From Bryobacterales bacterium (GTDB taxonomy: Bacteria > Acidobacteriota > Terriglobia > Bryobacterales > Bryobacteraceae): 64,000 nucleotides of DNA. The notes under the pieces were generated by a model. The model was not told where the DNA came from and searched no databases. It saw only the letters and a program-made list of their open reading frames with translations. Position 1 is the stretch's first letter, and every line of letters starts with the position of its first letter. Positions 28,583 to 37,186 of the stretch are shown here, in pieces. The stretch lies in assembly GCA_963749245.1 (NCBI GenBank), contig CAVVNE010000025.1:9621-73620 (forward strand), written 5' to 3'. The position numbers and the translations under genes were made by a program.

Positions 28583-30037
28583 ATGGCGGAAAACAAAATT
28601 GAGAGCCGCGCGGCTCGGACGATTCGGGAGGTCTTTGCCTCCGGACGGCCTTTGACTTACGTGCGGTCGGCGGAGGAGCAGCGCGTCGCGCGCGTGCTAC
28701 GCGAGGTGGGCGAGAAAATCGGTGCGCCGGTTTGGACGTGGAGCCAGACGGAGGGGATGAAAGGCTCGGAAAGCCCCCGCGCGGCGCTCGACTACATCAT
28801 TGCGCAGACGGGCGGCGGGATTTTTCATCTTAAAGACTTTCATGAGGCGCTGCGCGAATCGGCGGAGATCCGCCGGCGGCTGCGCGATGTCTATGAACAC
28901 GCGCTCGACCGCGGGAAGTTCGTCGTCATCAGTTCGCCGGTGAGGTTCATTCCGGACGAGCTGGAACGTAGCATGATGTTTCTCGAACTGCGTCCGCCGG
29001 ATCTGATCGAGCTGGTGGAGTTCTTGAGAGAGGAGAACACGGGCGCGGACGAGGAGACCTTGTACGCCGTCGCCCGGACGCTGCAAGGGCTGACGCTCGA
29101 TGAGGCGAAGTATGCGCTGCGGCGCGCGCTGGCGGTGAATCCACGGCTGGGGCCGGAAGTGTTGCCGGCGCTGCTCGAAGAGAAAAAGCTGCTCATCAAT
29201 CGCAGCGGCGTGATTGAATTTATTTCGACCGCAACGGAGCTGGGCGAAGTGGGCGGGCTCGACGGGCTGAAGACGTGGCTGTTGGAGCGGCGCAAACTTT
29301 TTGAGATGCGCGACAGCCTGAGCGAGGAGATCGTGCCTAAAGGGATCCTTATCATGGGGATTCCCGGCTGCGGAAAAAGTCTGACCGTGAAGGCGACGGC
29401 GTCGTATTTTAACTTGCCCCTATACCGTGTGGATATGATCGAGATTTTTTCGGGACGGCATGGCAAGCCCGAGGGCGCGTTTGTGGAGGCGTGCCGCATG
29501 ATGGAGGACATGTCGCCCGCCGTCCTGTGGTTCGACGAAATCGAGATGGGCATCACGTCGACCGAATCGGGCGGCGAGCAGGGCCGCATCTTCGCGTTCT
29601 TCCTGACCTGGATGCAGGAGAAGGCTCGCGGGCTCTTCGTGGCGGCCACGGCGAATCGCATCGACCTGCTGCCGGCCGAGATGATCCGCAAAGGACGCTT
29701 CGACGAGGTGTTTTTCGTCGACATTCCTTTGGAAGACGAGCAGATCGAAATTTTCAAAATCCATCTGCAAAGGCGCGGCGTGGAAATGACCGGGTTCGAC
29801 CTGGCGCAACTCACGAAGTTCACGGTTGGATGGACAGGCGCGGAGATCGAGCAGTGCGTCATTTCGGCGGTGACCAAGGCGCGCCTGGCCGAGCGCGCGG
29901 TGACGAACGAGGATCTGATCCTGATCGCGGCGAAGATGGTTCCGCTATCGCGGACGATGAAGGAGCAGATCAATCACATCCGGGGATGGGCTTTCGAAAG
30001 AGCGGTGCGGGCGTCGCCGCAGACCGTAAGGCGATAG
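28583..30037 (+). CDS. AAA+ ATPase (classic AAA clade, single ATPase domain) with an approximately 230-aa N-terminal domain
   Basis: Walker A GIPGCGKS. Walker B VLWFDEIE. Second region of homology ATANRIDLLPAEMIRKGRFDEVFFVDIP. Confidence 0.9.
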   Translation: MAENKIESRAARTIREVFASGRPLTYVRSAEEQRVARVLREVGEKIGAPVWTWSQTEGMKGSESPRAALDYIIAQTGGGIFHLKDFHEALRESAEIRRRLRDVYEHALDRGKFVVISSPVRFIPDELERSMMFLELRPPDLIELVEFLREENTGADEETLYAVARTLQGLTLDEAKYALRRALAVNPRLGPEVLPALLEEKKLLINRSGVIEFISTATELGEVGGLDGLKTWLLERRKLFEMRDSLSEEIVPKGILIMGIPGCGKSLTVKATASYFNLPLYRVDMIEIFSGRHGKPEGAFVEACRMMEDMSPAVLWFDEIEMGITSTESGGEQGRIFAFFLTWMQEKARGLFVAATANRIDLLPAEMIRKGRFDEVFFVDIPLEDEQIEIFKIHLQRRGVEMTGFDLAQLTKFTVGWTGAEIEQCVISAVTKARLAERAVTNEDLILIAAKMVPLSRTMKEQINHIRGWAFERAVRASPQTVRR

Positions 30038-30085
30038 GGACCCCTACCGGACGAACTGGTTGCCGTCGATGTGTAAAGTAAGCCA

Positions 30086-31015
30086 CATGCGGTTCCCAGC
30101 TGTGCCCCTCTTGTCCCTTGCGTCCGCCGTATCGGCCGCGCCGGGTGTGTTCACGGTGGACGATCCGTTGCATGTGGCCAATGCGACGATCGCCGATGTC
30201 TCGGCCGACGGGCACTGGCGGCGCTGACGGTTTCGAGCCTCGAAGACCGGATCGGCATCGACGATCATCGCTTTGGCGACCCGGCGTACATCGCTTCGCA
30301 CAAAATGGACGTGCTGGTGGTGGATACGCAGACGTGCGCAGCGAGTCGTTCGCGCTGCGGATCTGGGACCAGGCCACGGGGAATTTCGTCACAGTGACGG
30401 CGCCGAACGGGAAGGCCATCGACGATTCCGGCGACATGCAGTGGACGCGCGACGGCGCGAAGCTGATTCTGCCTCTGCGGGCGGCGGATTGGAAGGAGCG
30501 CGCCCGCGAACGCTTTCTGGCGGAGACGATTGGGCCGGTGATCTTCCACTCCAGCACGGAACCGTTTCTCGCGTGGATCGCTCTGCGGCGGATGTCGCTG
30601 GAGGAATCAGTTGGCGCGTATGACCTCGCCGCTGCGAAGGTGACGGAAATCGCGCCGACGTCGCTGATCTCCGGCGTTCATGCGGCCGAGGACGGGTCCT
30701 ACCTGATTCTGAATCAGGACATCGCGAAGAAGACCGATTAGTCCGCGGCTGGGCGTGCGCAACATCCATGCGCCGGAGCATAGCCAGGATCGATTGGGCG
30801 CGACCCTGTGGCAGCAGCCGCAGAAGTATCTGCAACACTCGGCGATTATGTTCGCGGACCGGATCAAGACGCCCTTGCTGCTGTCCACAGGTGAAGCCGA
30901 TCCGAATGTCCCACCCAGGCAGGCGATGGAAATGTACTACGCGATGCGGTACGAAGATCATTTAAAGAAGGACGCGAAGAAGACGGAAACCGACGGGGAT
31001 TCGGAGGCGCGGTAA
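30086..31015 (+). pseudogene. decayed S9 (prolyl oligopeptidase/DPP-like) peptidase
   Basis: Signal peptide plus FTVDDPLHVANATIADVSADGHW. The propeller-like part continues in two other frames (..LRIWDQATGNFVTVTAPNGK..), with a stop at 30741. C-terminal fragment ADRIKTPLLLSTGEADPNVPPRQAMEMYYAM. The catalytic Ser region is absent. Confidence 0.6.
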
Positions 31016-31160
31016 GCTACTCAGGGTGCGGCGATCGATCCCCACTGTCCTCCTGAGGACAGGAGTTATTTCATAGTCGCGCCGGTCACCGGGATTGTGC
31101 ATCCTGACTGCCGCTCGTGTTAATATTCAGTTCGAACGGGACGATACGACGATTAACCGT

Positions 31161-31460
31161 ATGCACGACTCCCTACCTGACAGCGACGCAGTCTTGGCGC
31201 AGTTTAACCGCCTTATTCAGGAACTGCTTCGCGGTAATATGCATCGCAACACGTTCCGGCCCTGGGAAGTGGAATTGCTCCTGGATATTGAGAGTTGCAA
31301 CCTGCGCGAGTCGTCGAAACGCGAGACCCTGCGCCGGTACCAGAAGGCTGTACAGCGCCAAATGGAGAAGGGGGCCCGGCTGCCTTTGAAATTGTCGGAA
31401 TATATGGACGCGGTGAAAGCCAAGCGCGCGGCGCAGGCGCCGGCGTCGGCTGCGTCTTAA
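31161..31460 (+). CDS. hypothetical protein
   Basis: ATG at 31161. 99 aa, helical, charged. No family recognised. Confidence 0.4.
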   Translation: MHDSLPDSDAVLAQFNRLIQELLRGNMHRNTFRPWEVELLLDIESCNLRESSKRETLRRYQKAVQRQMEKGARLPLKLSEYMDAVKAKRAAQAPASAAS

Positions 31461-31481
31461 CGAACTGCTATCTTAAACATT

Positions 31482-31814
31482 ATGGGCTGCGGCAGCGGTG
31501 CGATGAATCCTCGCGGGCAGGAAGAGCAGAACCGGACGGGGCATCGGGTGTTCTGCGTCAAGTTTCAGCGCGACATGCCTGGACTGGACGAAGTTCCGTT
31601 CGATAATCCAGTGGGGCAGCGGATTTACGACAACGTGTCGCTGGCCGCCTGGAAGCTGTGGCTGGAGCAGATGAAGATGATCATGAACGAGTACCGTCTC
31701 AACCTGGGCACGACAGAGGCGCAAGAGTTCGTGCTCAAGCAGATGGAAGATTATTTCTTCGGCGAAGGCGCGGCGTTTCCGCCGGGTTACCAGCCTCCAC
31801 AGGCGAAAAACTAA
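31482..31814 (+). CDS. YggX-like Fe(2+)-trafficking / oxidative damage protection protein
   Basis: RVFCVKFQRDMPGLDEVPF.NPVGQRIYDNVSLAAWKLWLEQMKMIMNEYRLNL. An alternative ATG lies at 31503. Confidence 0.8.
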   Translation: MGCGSGAMNPRGQEEQNRTGHRVFCVKFQRDMPGLDEVPFDNPVGQRIYDNVSLAAWKLWLEQMKMIMNEYRLNLGTTEAQEFVLKQMEDYFFGEGAAFPPGYQPPQAKN

Positions 31815-31820
31815 TACGGG

Positions 31821-31852
31821 AATAACCCCGCCCCGTTAGGGCAGGGATTCGC
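31821..31852. repeat. REP-B copy AATAACCCCGCCCCGTTAGGGCAGGGATTCGC (stem-loop)
   Basis: Related to 1047-1076. Lies directly downstream of the yggX-like stop. Confidence 0.6.
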
Positions 31853-31893
31853 TTTCCAGCAAACGGTTCCCTAGCCGCGCACGTCTGGTGTAC

Positions 31894-34281
31894 ATGTCGA
31901 CTCTCGTGACCGATTTGCGCTTTGCCTTCCGGATGCTGGCAAAGCGTCCCGGGTTTACCAGCGTGGCGGTGCTGGCGCTGGCGCTCGGGATCGGGGCCAA
32001 TACGGCGGTCTTCAGCGTGATCCGAGGCGTTGTGCTGCGGCCGCTTCGTTATCAAGATCCCGATCGTCTGGTCGCCGTCTGGGAATCGAACGCCAAATCC
32101 TCTGTCCTTCGCGAGCCATCGTCGCCTCCGAATTTGAAGGATTGGAGCGAGCAGAACCGGTGCTTCACCGCGATGGCTGGGTACACGCTGGGCTCCTCTC
32201 CCTTTACCGATTCGGGCGAGGCGGAGATGCTCGACACGGGCTACGTGACCGCGAACTATTTTGAGTTACTCGCCGTTAAACCGGCTCTGGGCCGTGCGAT
32301 CGCATCGAGTGACGCGGAGAAGGAAGTGGTCCTGCTGAGCGCGGAGCTCTGGGACCGCCGGTTTGGCCGCGACCCTCAAATCCTCGGCCGCCAGCTTCGT
32401 CTGGGAGGCGTTCTGCGAACGGTCATCGGCGTGATGCCCGCGGGCTTTCACGACGCCGACTTTATTTTTCGCTCCGCTGCCGAACTGTGGATGCCGCTGC
32501 ACACCACCGATTTCGGTCCGGGCAGGCGCTCCGATTTTCTCCGCGTAATCGCTCGTATGAAGCCGGGCGTGACCATCGGGCAGGCGCAGGCCGAGATGAC
32601 GCGCGTTGCCGCTCAATTGAAGGAAGAGTACCAGGCGGACAATTCCACCTGGACCATCGAGATCCACCCTCTGGCGGCAGCCATCTCCGGGGATGCGAGC
32701 CGGCCGTTGTGGCTGCTGCTGGCGTCGGCGGCGGTGCTGCTGCTGATTGCCTGCGCGAATGTCGCGAATCTGAGCCTCGCGCGGTCCGCCGAACGCCGAA
32801 GGGAGTTCGCCATTCGCGCGGCACTAGGCGGAGGGGCGGCGCGATTATTCCGGCAATTGATCACGGAGAGTCTCGTGCTTGGATTGCTCGGAGGCGCGGC
32901 CGGTTTTCTGTTGGGGAATTGGGCGCAGCGGGCGATAGTCGCGCTAGGCGGCGCTTATATCCCGCGCGCCGGTGAAGTGCGGCTGGACTTATGGGTGATG
33001 TTGTTCGCGTTGGCGGCGTCGTGCGTCACTGCGGTGCTGTTTGGAGTGCTGCCCGCGCGGCAGGCGTCGCGTACCGATCTCAACGACGCCCTTAAGTCCG
33101 CATCGCGCGGAGCGACTTCGGGGCGCAAACACGCAAGGGCTGTGCTGGTTGTGGTCGAGGTTGCGTTATCGCTCGTGCTGGTGGTCGCGGCGGGACTGCT
33201 GCTTCGCAGCTTCTGGCGGATTCAGAGTGTCGATCTTGGATTCGAGCCGTCGCGGCTGCTTACGGCCGGCGTGCAATTGCCAAACGACCGGGCTCGTGCG
33301 GTGACTTTCCTCAACGAGTTGTTGCAGCGCATTGAACGTCTGCCTGGCGTGACCTCCGCCGCAGCTTGCGCGGGCGCTCCCATGACAGCCGCCGGTCATA
33401 ACGCGTTCGAGATCGAGGGCCGTCCGAGAGCTTCCGCCGGCATCGCGCAGGATGCGATTCTCGACCCTGTGACTCCCGGGTATTTCCGCACGATGGGGAT
33501 CGCCCTGCGGGACGGCCGCTATCTGACCGCGAGTGATTCCGCTCAATCTCCGAACGTCGTCATCAGCGAGGGGCTGGCTCGCCGTCATTTCCCGAATGAA
33601 GATCCGGTTAGCCGCCGCGTCAGCTTTGACGCGGGCAAAACATTTTGGACCATCGCCGGAGTCGTCGCCGATGTGCATCAGCAGGGTGTGAGCGCCGAAC
33701 CAAAGAACCAGGTCTACGTTTCGCACGCGCAGTTTCGGAATACGCGAGTTGTTCTGGAGGTTCGTGCTTCGCTCGATCCTCGGTCGCTCGTTTCCGCAGT
33801 GCGCGCCGAAATTCGAGCCATGGATCCCAGCCGTCCTCTGTATGACGTTCGAACCGAAGAAGAACTGATTGCGGCCAACATCGCTCCGCGACGCTTTGCG
33901 CTAACTCTGGTCGGACTCTTTGCAGGGCTCGCACTGCTGATCGCCACCATCGGGATTTACGGAGTCATTTCGTACACGGTTACGGAATCGACGAAAGAGC
34001 TCGGCATTCGGATGGCGCTGGGCGCCCTGAAATCCGATGTTTTGAGGATGGTTCTGGCGCGTGGCGTGAAGCTCGTGCTGGTGGGAATCGCCGTCGGGGC
34101 GCTTACCTCGCTGGCCGCGACGCGGGTGATGGCAAGCTTTTTGTTCAACGTTTCGGCAACTGATCCCGTCACTTTTGTAGCGGTGGCCGGTATCTTCGTT
34201 ATTGTCGCGCTGGCGGCATGCCTCACTCCGGCTCGCCGTGCGACGAACGTCGATCCAATGGTGGCTTTGCATTATGAATAA
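31894..34281 (+). CDS. ADOP-family (MacB/FtsX-like) permease
   Basis: MSTLVTDLRFAFRMLAKRPGFTSVAVLALALGIGANTAVFS... ends VDPMVALHYE. Confidence 0.9.
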   Translation: MSTLVTDLRFAFRMLAKRPGFTSVAVLALALGIGANTAVFSVIRGVVLRPLRYQDPDRLVAVWESNAKSSVLREPSSPPNLKDWSEQNRCFTAMAGYTLGSSPFTDSGEAEMLDTGYVTANYFELLAVKPALGRAIASSDAEKEVVLLSAELWDRRFGRDPQILGRQLRLGGVLRTVIGVMPAGFHDADFIFRSAAELWMPLHTTDFGPGRRSDFLRVIARMKPGVTIGQAQAEMTRVAAQLKEEYQADNSTWTIEIHPLAAAISGDASRPLWLLLASAAVLLLIACANVANLSLARSAERRREFAIRAALGGGAARLFRQLITESLVLGLLGGAAGFLLGNWAQRAIVALGGAYIPRAGEVRLDLWVMLFALAASCVTAVLFGVLPARQASRTDLNDALKSASRGATSGRKHARAVLVVVEVALSLVLVVAAGLLLRSFWRIQSVDLGFEPSRLLTAGVQLPNDRARAVTFLNELLQRIERLPGVTSAAACAGAPMTAAGHNAFEIEGRPRASAGIAQDAILDPVTPGYFRTMGIALRDGRYLTASDSAQSPNVVISEGLARRHFPNEDPVSRRVSFDAGKTFWTIAGVVADVHQQGVSAEPKNQVYVSHAQFRNTRVVLEVRASLDPRSLVSAVRAEIRAMDPSRPLYDVRTEEELIAANIAPRRFALTLVGLFAGLALLIATIGIYGVISYTVTESTKELGIRMALGALKSDVLRMVLARGVKLVLVGIAVGALTSLAATRVMASFLFNVSATDPVTFVAVAGIFVIVALAACLTPARRATNVDPMVALHYE

Positions 34282-36721
34282 TTTTCGCTATGCGGTTCGC
34301 CTGCTTTTGAAATCTCCCGGATTCGCGCTCGTGGCGATCCTGACGCTGGCGCTGGGGATCGGTGTCAACAGCGCGATTTTCAGCATTGTCGATGCGGTGA
34401 TGCTGCAACCGCTCCCCTATCCGGAACCGGAGCGGCTGGTGTCCATCTGGGAGCAGAAGATCGGCGAGGGCCCGAACAGCGCGAACACCAGCGGACAGAA
34501 TCTGGGAAGCGTCGGCTGGCCGGGCCGCTGGACGGTCGCGGCGGCGAATCTGATGGATTACCAGAAGCAGAAGAATTCCTTCGTCTCTCTGGCCGGATTC
34601 GCCGTTACGGGCATGAATATTACCGAGAGCGGACCGCCCGACCGCCTGTCCGGAGAGCAGGTGACGGCGAATTATTTCTCGACTCTCGGCGTGTACCCCG
34701 CGCAGGGGCGGGCATTTTTGCCGGATGAAGACCGTCCGGGCGCACAGAAAGTGGTCATCGCCAGCGACGAGCTGTGGCATTCGCGCTTCGGGGGCGATCC
34801 GAATTTCCTGGGAAAATCCATCACGCTCGATAACGAAAAGTACACCGTGGTTGGGATCATGCCGCCCGGCTTTCGAAGTCCGAGCCAGTTCAACATGACG
34901 ATCCCGCTGCTGTATTACGTCCCCGCGGCATATCCGGCCGATCTGCTGGCGCATCACGGCGACCATGGAATCAATGTGCTCGGGCGGCTGAAGCCAGGCG
35001 TTTCGCTCGCCGCGGCGCGGGCCGAACTCGACGGCATTTCGCTAAGCCTCGCGCAACGATATCCGGGCGTTTGCAAGAACCTCAAAACGGGCAGCGATCT
35101 GCTGGCGAACGATATTTCCGGCGGCGTGCGCACGTCGCTGTTCGTTCTGCTGGGCGCCGTGGGGCTGATTCTGCTGATCGCGTGCGCGAACCTGGCGAAT
35201 CTGCTGCTGGTGAGGGCGATCGGACGACAGAGGGAGATCGCGATTCGATTCGCGATGGGCGCGAGCCGCCAGCGCGTGATCGGCGAACTGCTGGCGCAGA
35301 GCACGGTGCTCGCCGCACTCGGCTGCGCCAGCGGATTGGTTCTCGGGTACTGGACAGAGAAATTGCTCACGGGGTTCGCTCCACACATCCCCCGCCTTGA
35401 CAGTGCGAGCCTGAACGGGCGGGTGCTGCTGTTCACGCTCGCGCTCTCGGCGGTCACCGGAGTGGTCTGCGGGATTTTCCCGGCATGGCAGGCGTCGAAA
35501 TCTAAACCCGTCGAAGCCATGCGCGCCAGCGAAAGACATTTGGCGGGAAGCTCAGTGATGCGCTGGCGCAGCGTGTTCATGATCGCCGAAGTGGCCATTT
35601 CCATGGTGCTGCTGGTGGGCGCGGGGCTGTTGCTGAAAAGCTTCATGACGCTGAACCACGTGGAGCTGGGAATCGCGACCGAGCACGTCGTCAACATGAA
35701 CATCACCTTGCCGGAGCTGAGTTATCCCACGCCCGAACGCCGGTTCGCGTTTTTTGACGATCTGGCAGAGCGAGCCAGCCATTTACCCGGCATGCAATCC
35801 GTGGCGTTCGCAAATAATTTTCCGCTCCGCGGCGGCTGGTCCAGCAATTTTCTACCTGAGAACACGACCAGCAATGAGGACGCTGACTACCAGGCGGTGA
35901 GCCCGGGTTATTTCCCAACGCTGGGCATCGCTCTCCAAAGGGGCCGCTTGCTGACGCCTGCCGACCGTCCGGGAGCGGAGATGGTCGCGGTGGTGAACAG
36001 CGCCTTGGTGCGGCATTTCTATCCCAACGAAGATCCGATCGGGCGCCGTTTCCGGCGGAATGGGCAAACGCCGTGGGTGACCATCGTCGGCGTGGTGAGC
36101 GATGTGCGGCGAGGCGGGAAAGCGGGGAGAATCAATCCGCAGGTGTATTTTCCCGCGGCTCAGACCGCTCTTTATCCGGTGCGTCTGGCCGAGTTCACCT
36201 TCCGCTCCGCGGGCGATCCGAAGCAACTGGTGGCCGCGGTGCAGCAGCAGGTTTGGGCCATCGACAAGGATCTGCCCGTGACGCACATTCGCACCTACGA
36301 CGAGCTTGTTTCGCAATCGGTTTCCGAACGCCGGTTCCAGACGATGCTGCTGGGCTTGTTCGCGTCGCTCGCGCTGATTCTGGCGATGGTGGGGATTTAC
36401 GGGGTGATTTCTTACTCGGTTTCTCAGCGGACTCCGGAGATCGGGATTCGCATGGCCCTGGGCGCGACGCGTTCCGGGATTTTAAGGATGGTTGTAGGCC
36501 GCGCGATGCTCCTGATCGCCGCCGGAATCGCGGTGGGCGGCGCGGGAGCTTTCGCGCTGTCGAGATATTTGAAGAGCCTTCTGTTCGAGGTGAAGCCCGG
36601 AGATCCGTGGACCTACGCGGGCATCGCTATTTTGCTGGCGACCATCGCGCTGGCAGCGTCGATGGTTCCAGCGCGAAGAGCGACGCGGGTCGATCCAATG
36701 ATCGCCCTGAGGTATGAGTAG
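34274..36721 (+). CDS. ADOP-family (MacB/FtsX-like) permease
   Basis: MNNFRYAVRLLLKSPGFALVAILTLALGIGVNSAIFS... ends VDPMIALRYE. 8-nt overlap (ATGAATAA) with the preceding paralog. Confidence 0.9.
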   Translation: MNNFRYAVRLLLKSPGFALVAILTLALGIGVNSAIFSIVDAVMLQPLPYPEPERLVSIWEQKIGEGPNSANTSGQNLGSVGWPGRWTVAAANLMDYQKQKNSFVSLAGFAVTGMNITESGPPDRLSGEQVTANYFSTLGVYPAQGRAFLPDEDRPGAQKVVIASDELWHSRFGGDPNFLGKSITLDNEKYTVVGIMPPGFRSPSQFNMTIPLLYYVPAAYPADLLAHHGDHGINVLGRLKPGVSLAAARAELDGISLSLAQRYPGVCKNLKTGSDLLANDISGGVRTSLFVLLGAVGLILLIACANLANLLLVRAIGRQREIAIRFAMGASRQRVIGELLAQSTVLAALGCASGLVLGYWTEKLLTGFAPHIPRLDSASLNGRVLLFTLALSAVTGVVCGIFPAWQASKSKPVEAMRASERHLAGSSVMRWRSVFMIAEVAISMVLLVGAGLLLKSFMTLNHVELGIATEHVVNMNITLPELSYPTPERRFAFFDDLAERASHLPGMQSVAFANNFPLRGGWSSNFLPENTTSNEDADYQAVSPGYFPTLGIALQRGRLLTPADRPGAEMVAVVNSALVRHFYPNEDPIGRRFRRNGQTPWVTIVGVVSDVRRGGKAGRINPQVYFPAAQTALYPVRLAEFTFRSAGDPKQLVAAVQQQVWAIDKDLPVTHIRTYDELVSQSVSERRFQTMLLGLFASLALILAMVGIYGVISYSVSQRTPEIGIRMALGATRSGILRMVVGRAMLLIAAGIAVGGAGAFALSRYLKSLLFEVKPGDPWTYAGIAILLATIALAASMVPARRATRVDPMIALRYE

Positions 36722-36761
36722 TCTGCCCGCTTGCTCACACATGGCGGCTCGGTTGTGCCGT

Positions 36762-36792
36762 TGAGCCGCGACCGTCAGGGAGCGGATAGGCG
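36762..36792 (+). repeat. REP-A dispersed repeat copy TGAGCCGCGACCGTCAGGGAGCGGATAGGCG
   Basis: Lies 41 nt downstream of the ADOP stop. Same orientation relative to the upstream gene as the other copies. Confidence 0.85.
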
Positions 36793-36797
36793 ACTGG

Positions 36798-37184
36798 CTA
36801 CTGGGGCTTATACGCTACACAGTCGATTTCGATGCGCATTACGGGATTCGCGAATTGCGCTTCCACCGTGGTTCTCGCCGGTTTGTGGTCCCCGAAAAAC
36901 TCGGCGTAGACTTCATTCATCTGCGCAAACTCCCGGCCGTCTTTTAGAAACACGGAGCACTTGACGACGTCGGCCACGGACGCGCCGCAGCTTTCGAGAA
37001 TGCCTTTGATATTGGCCAGCACCAGGCGCGTTTCATGCTGGATGTCGCCTGGCGAGAGCTGATCGGTCGCCGGGTCCACCGGGCCCTGGCCGCTGACGAA
37101 AATAAAATCGCCGGCCCACACCGCGGGGGAATAAGGTCCCCGCGGCGTAGGCACGGATGCCGGAAAAATTCGTTCGATCGACAT
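36798..37184 (-). CDS. ridA: RidA/YjgF family reactive-intermediate deaminase
   Basis: ATG at 37184. PRGPYSPAVWAGDFIFVSGQGPVDP...VVKCSVFLKD..FAQMNEVYAEFF...PARTTVEA. Confidence 0.9.
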   Translation of the reverse strand: MSIERIFPASVPTPRGPYSPAVWAGDFIFVSGQGPVDPATDQLSPGDIQHETRLVLANIKGILESCGASVADVVKCSVFLKDGREFAQMNEVYAEFFGDHKPARTTVEAQFANPVMRIEIDCVAYKPQ

Positions 37185-37186
37185 GA

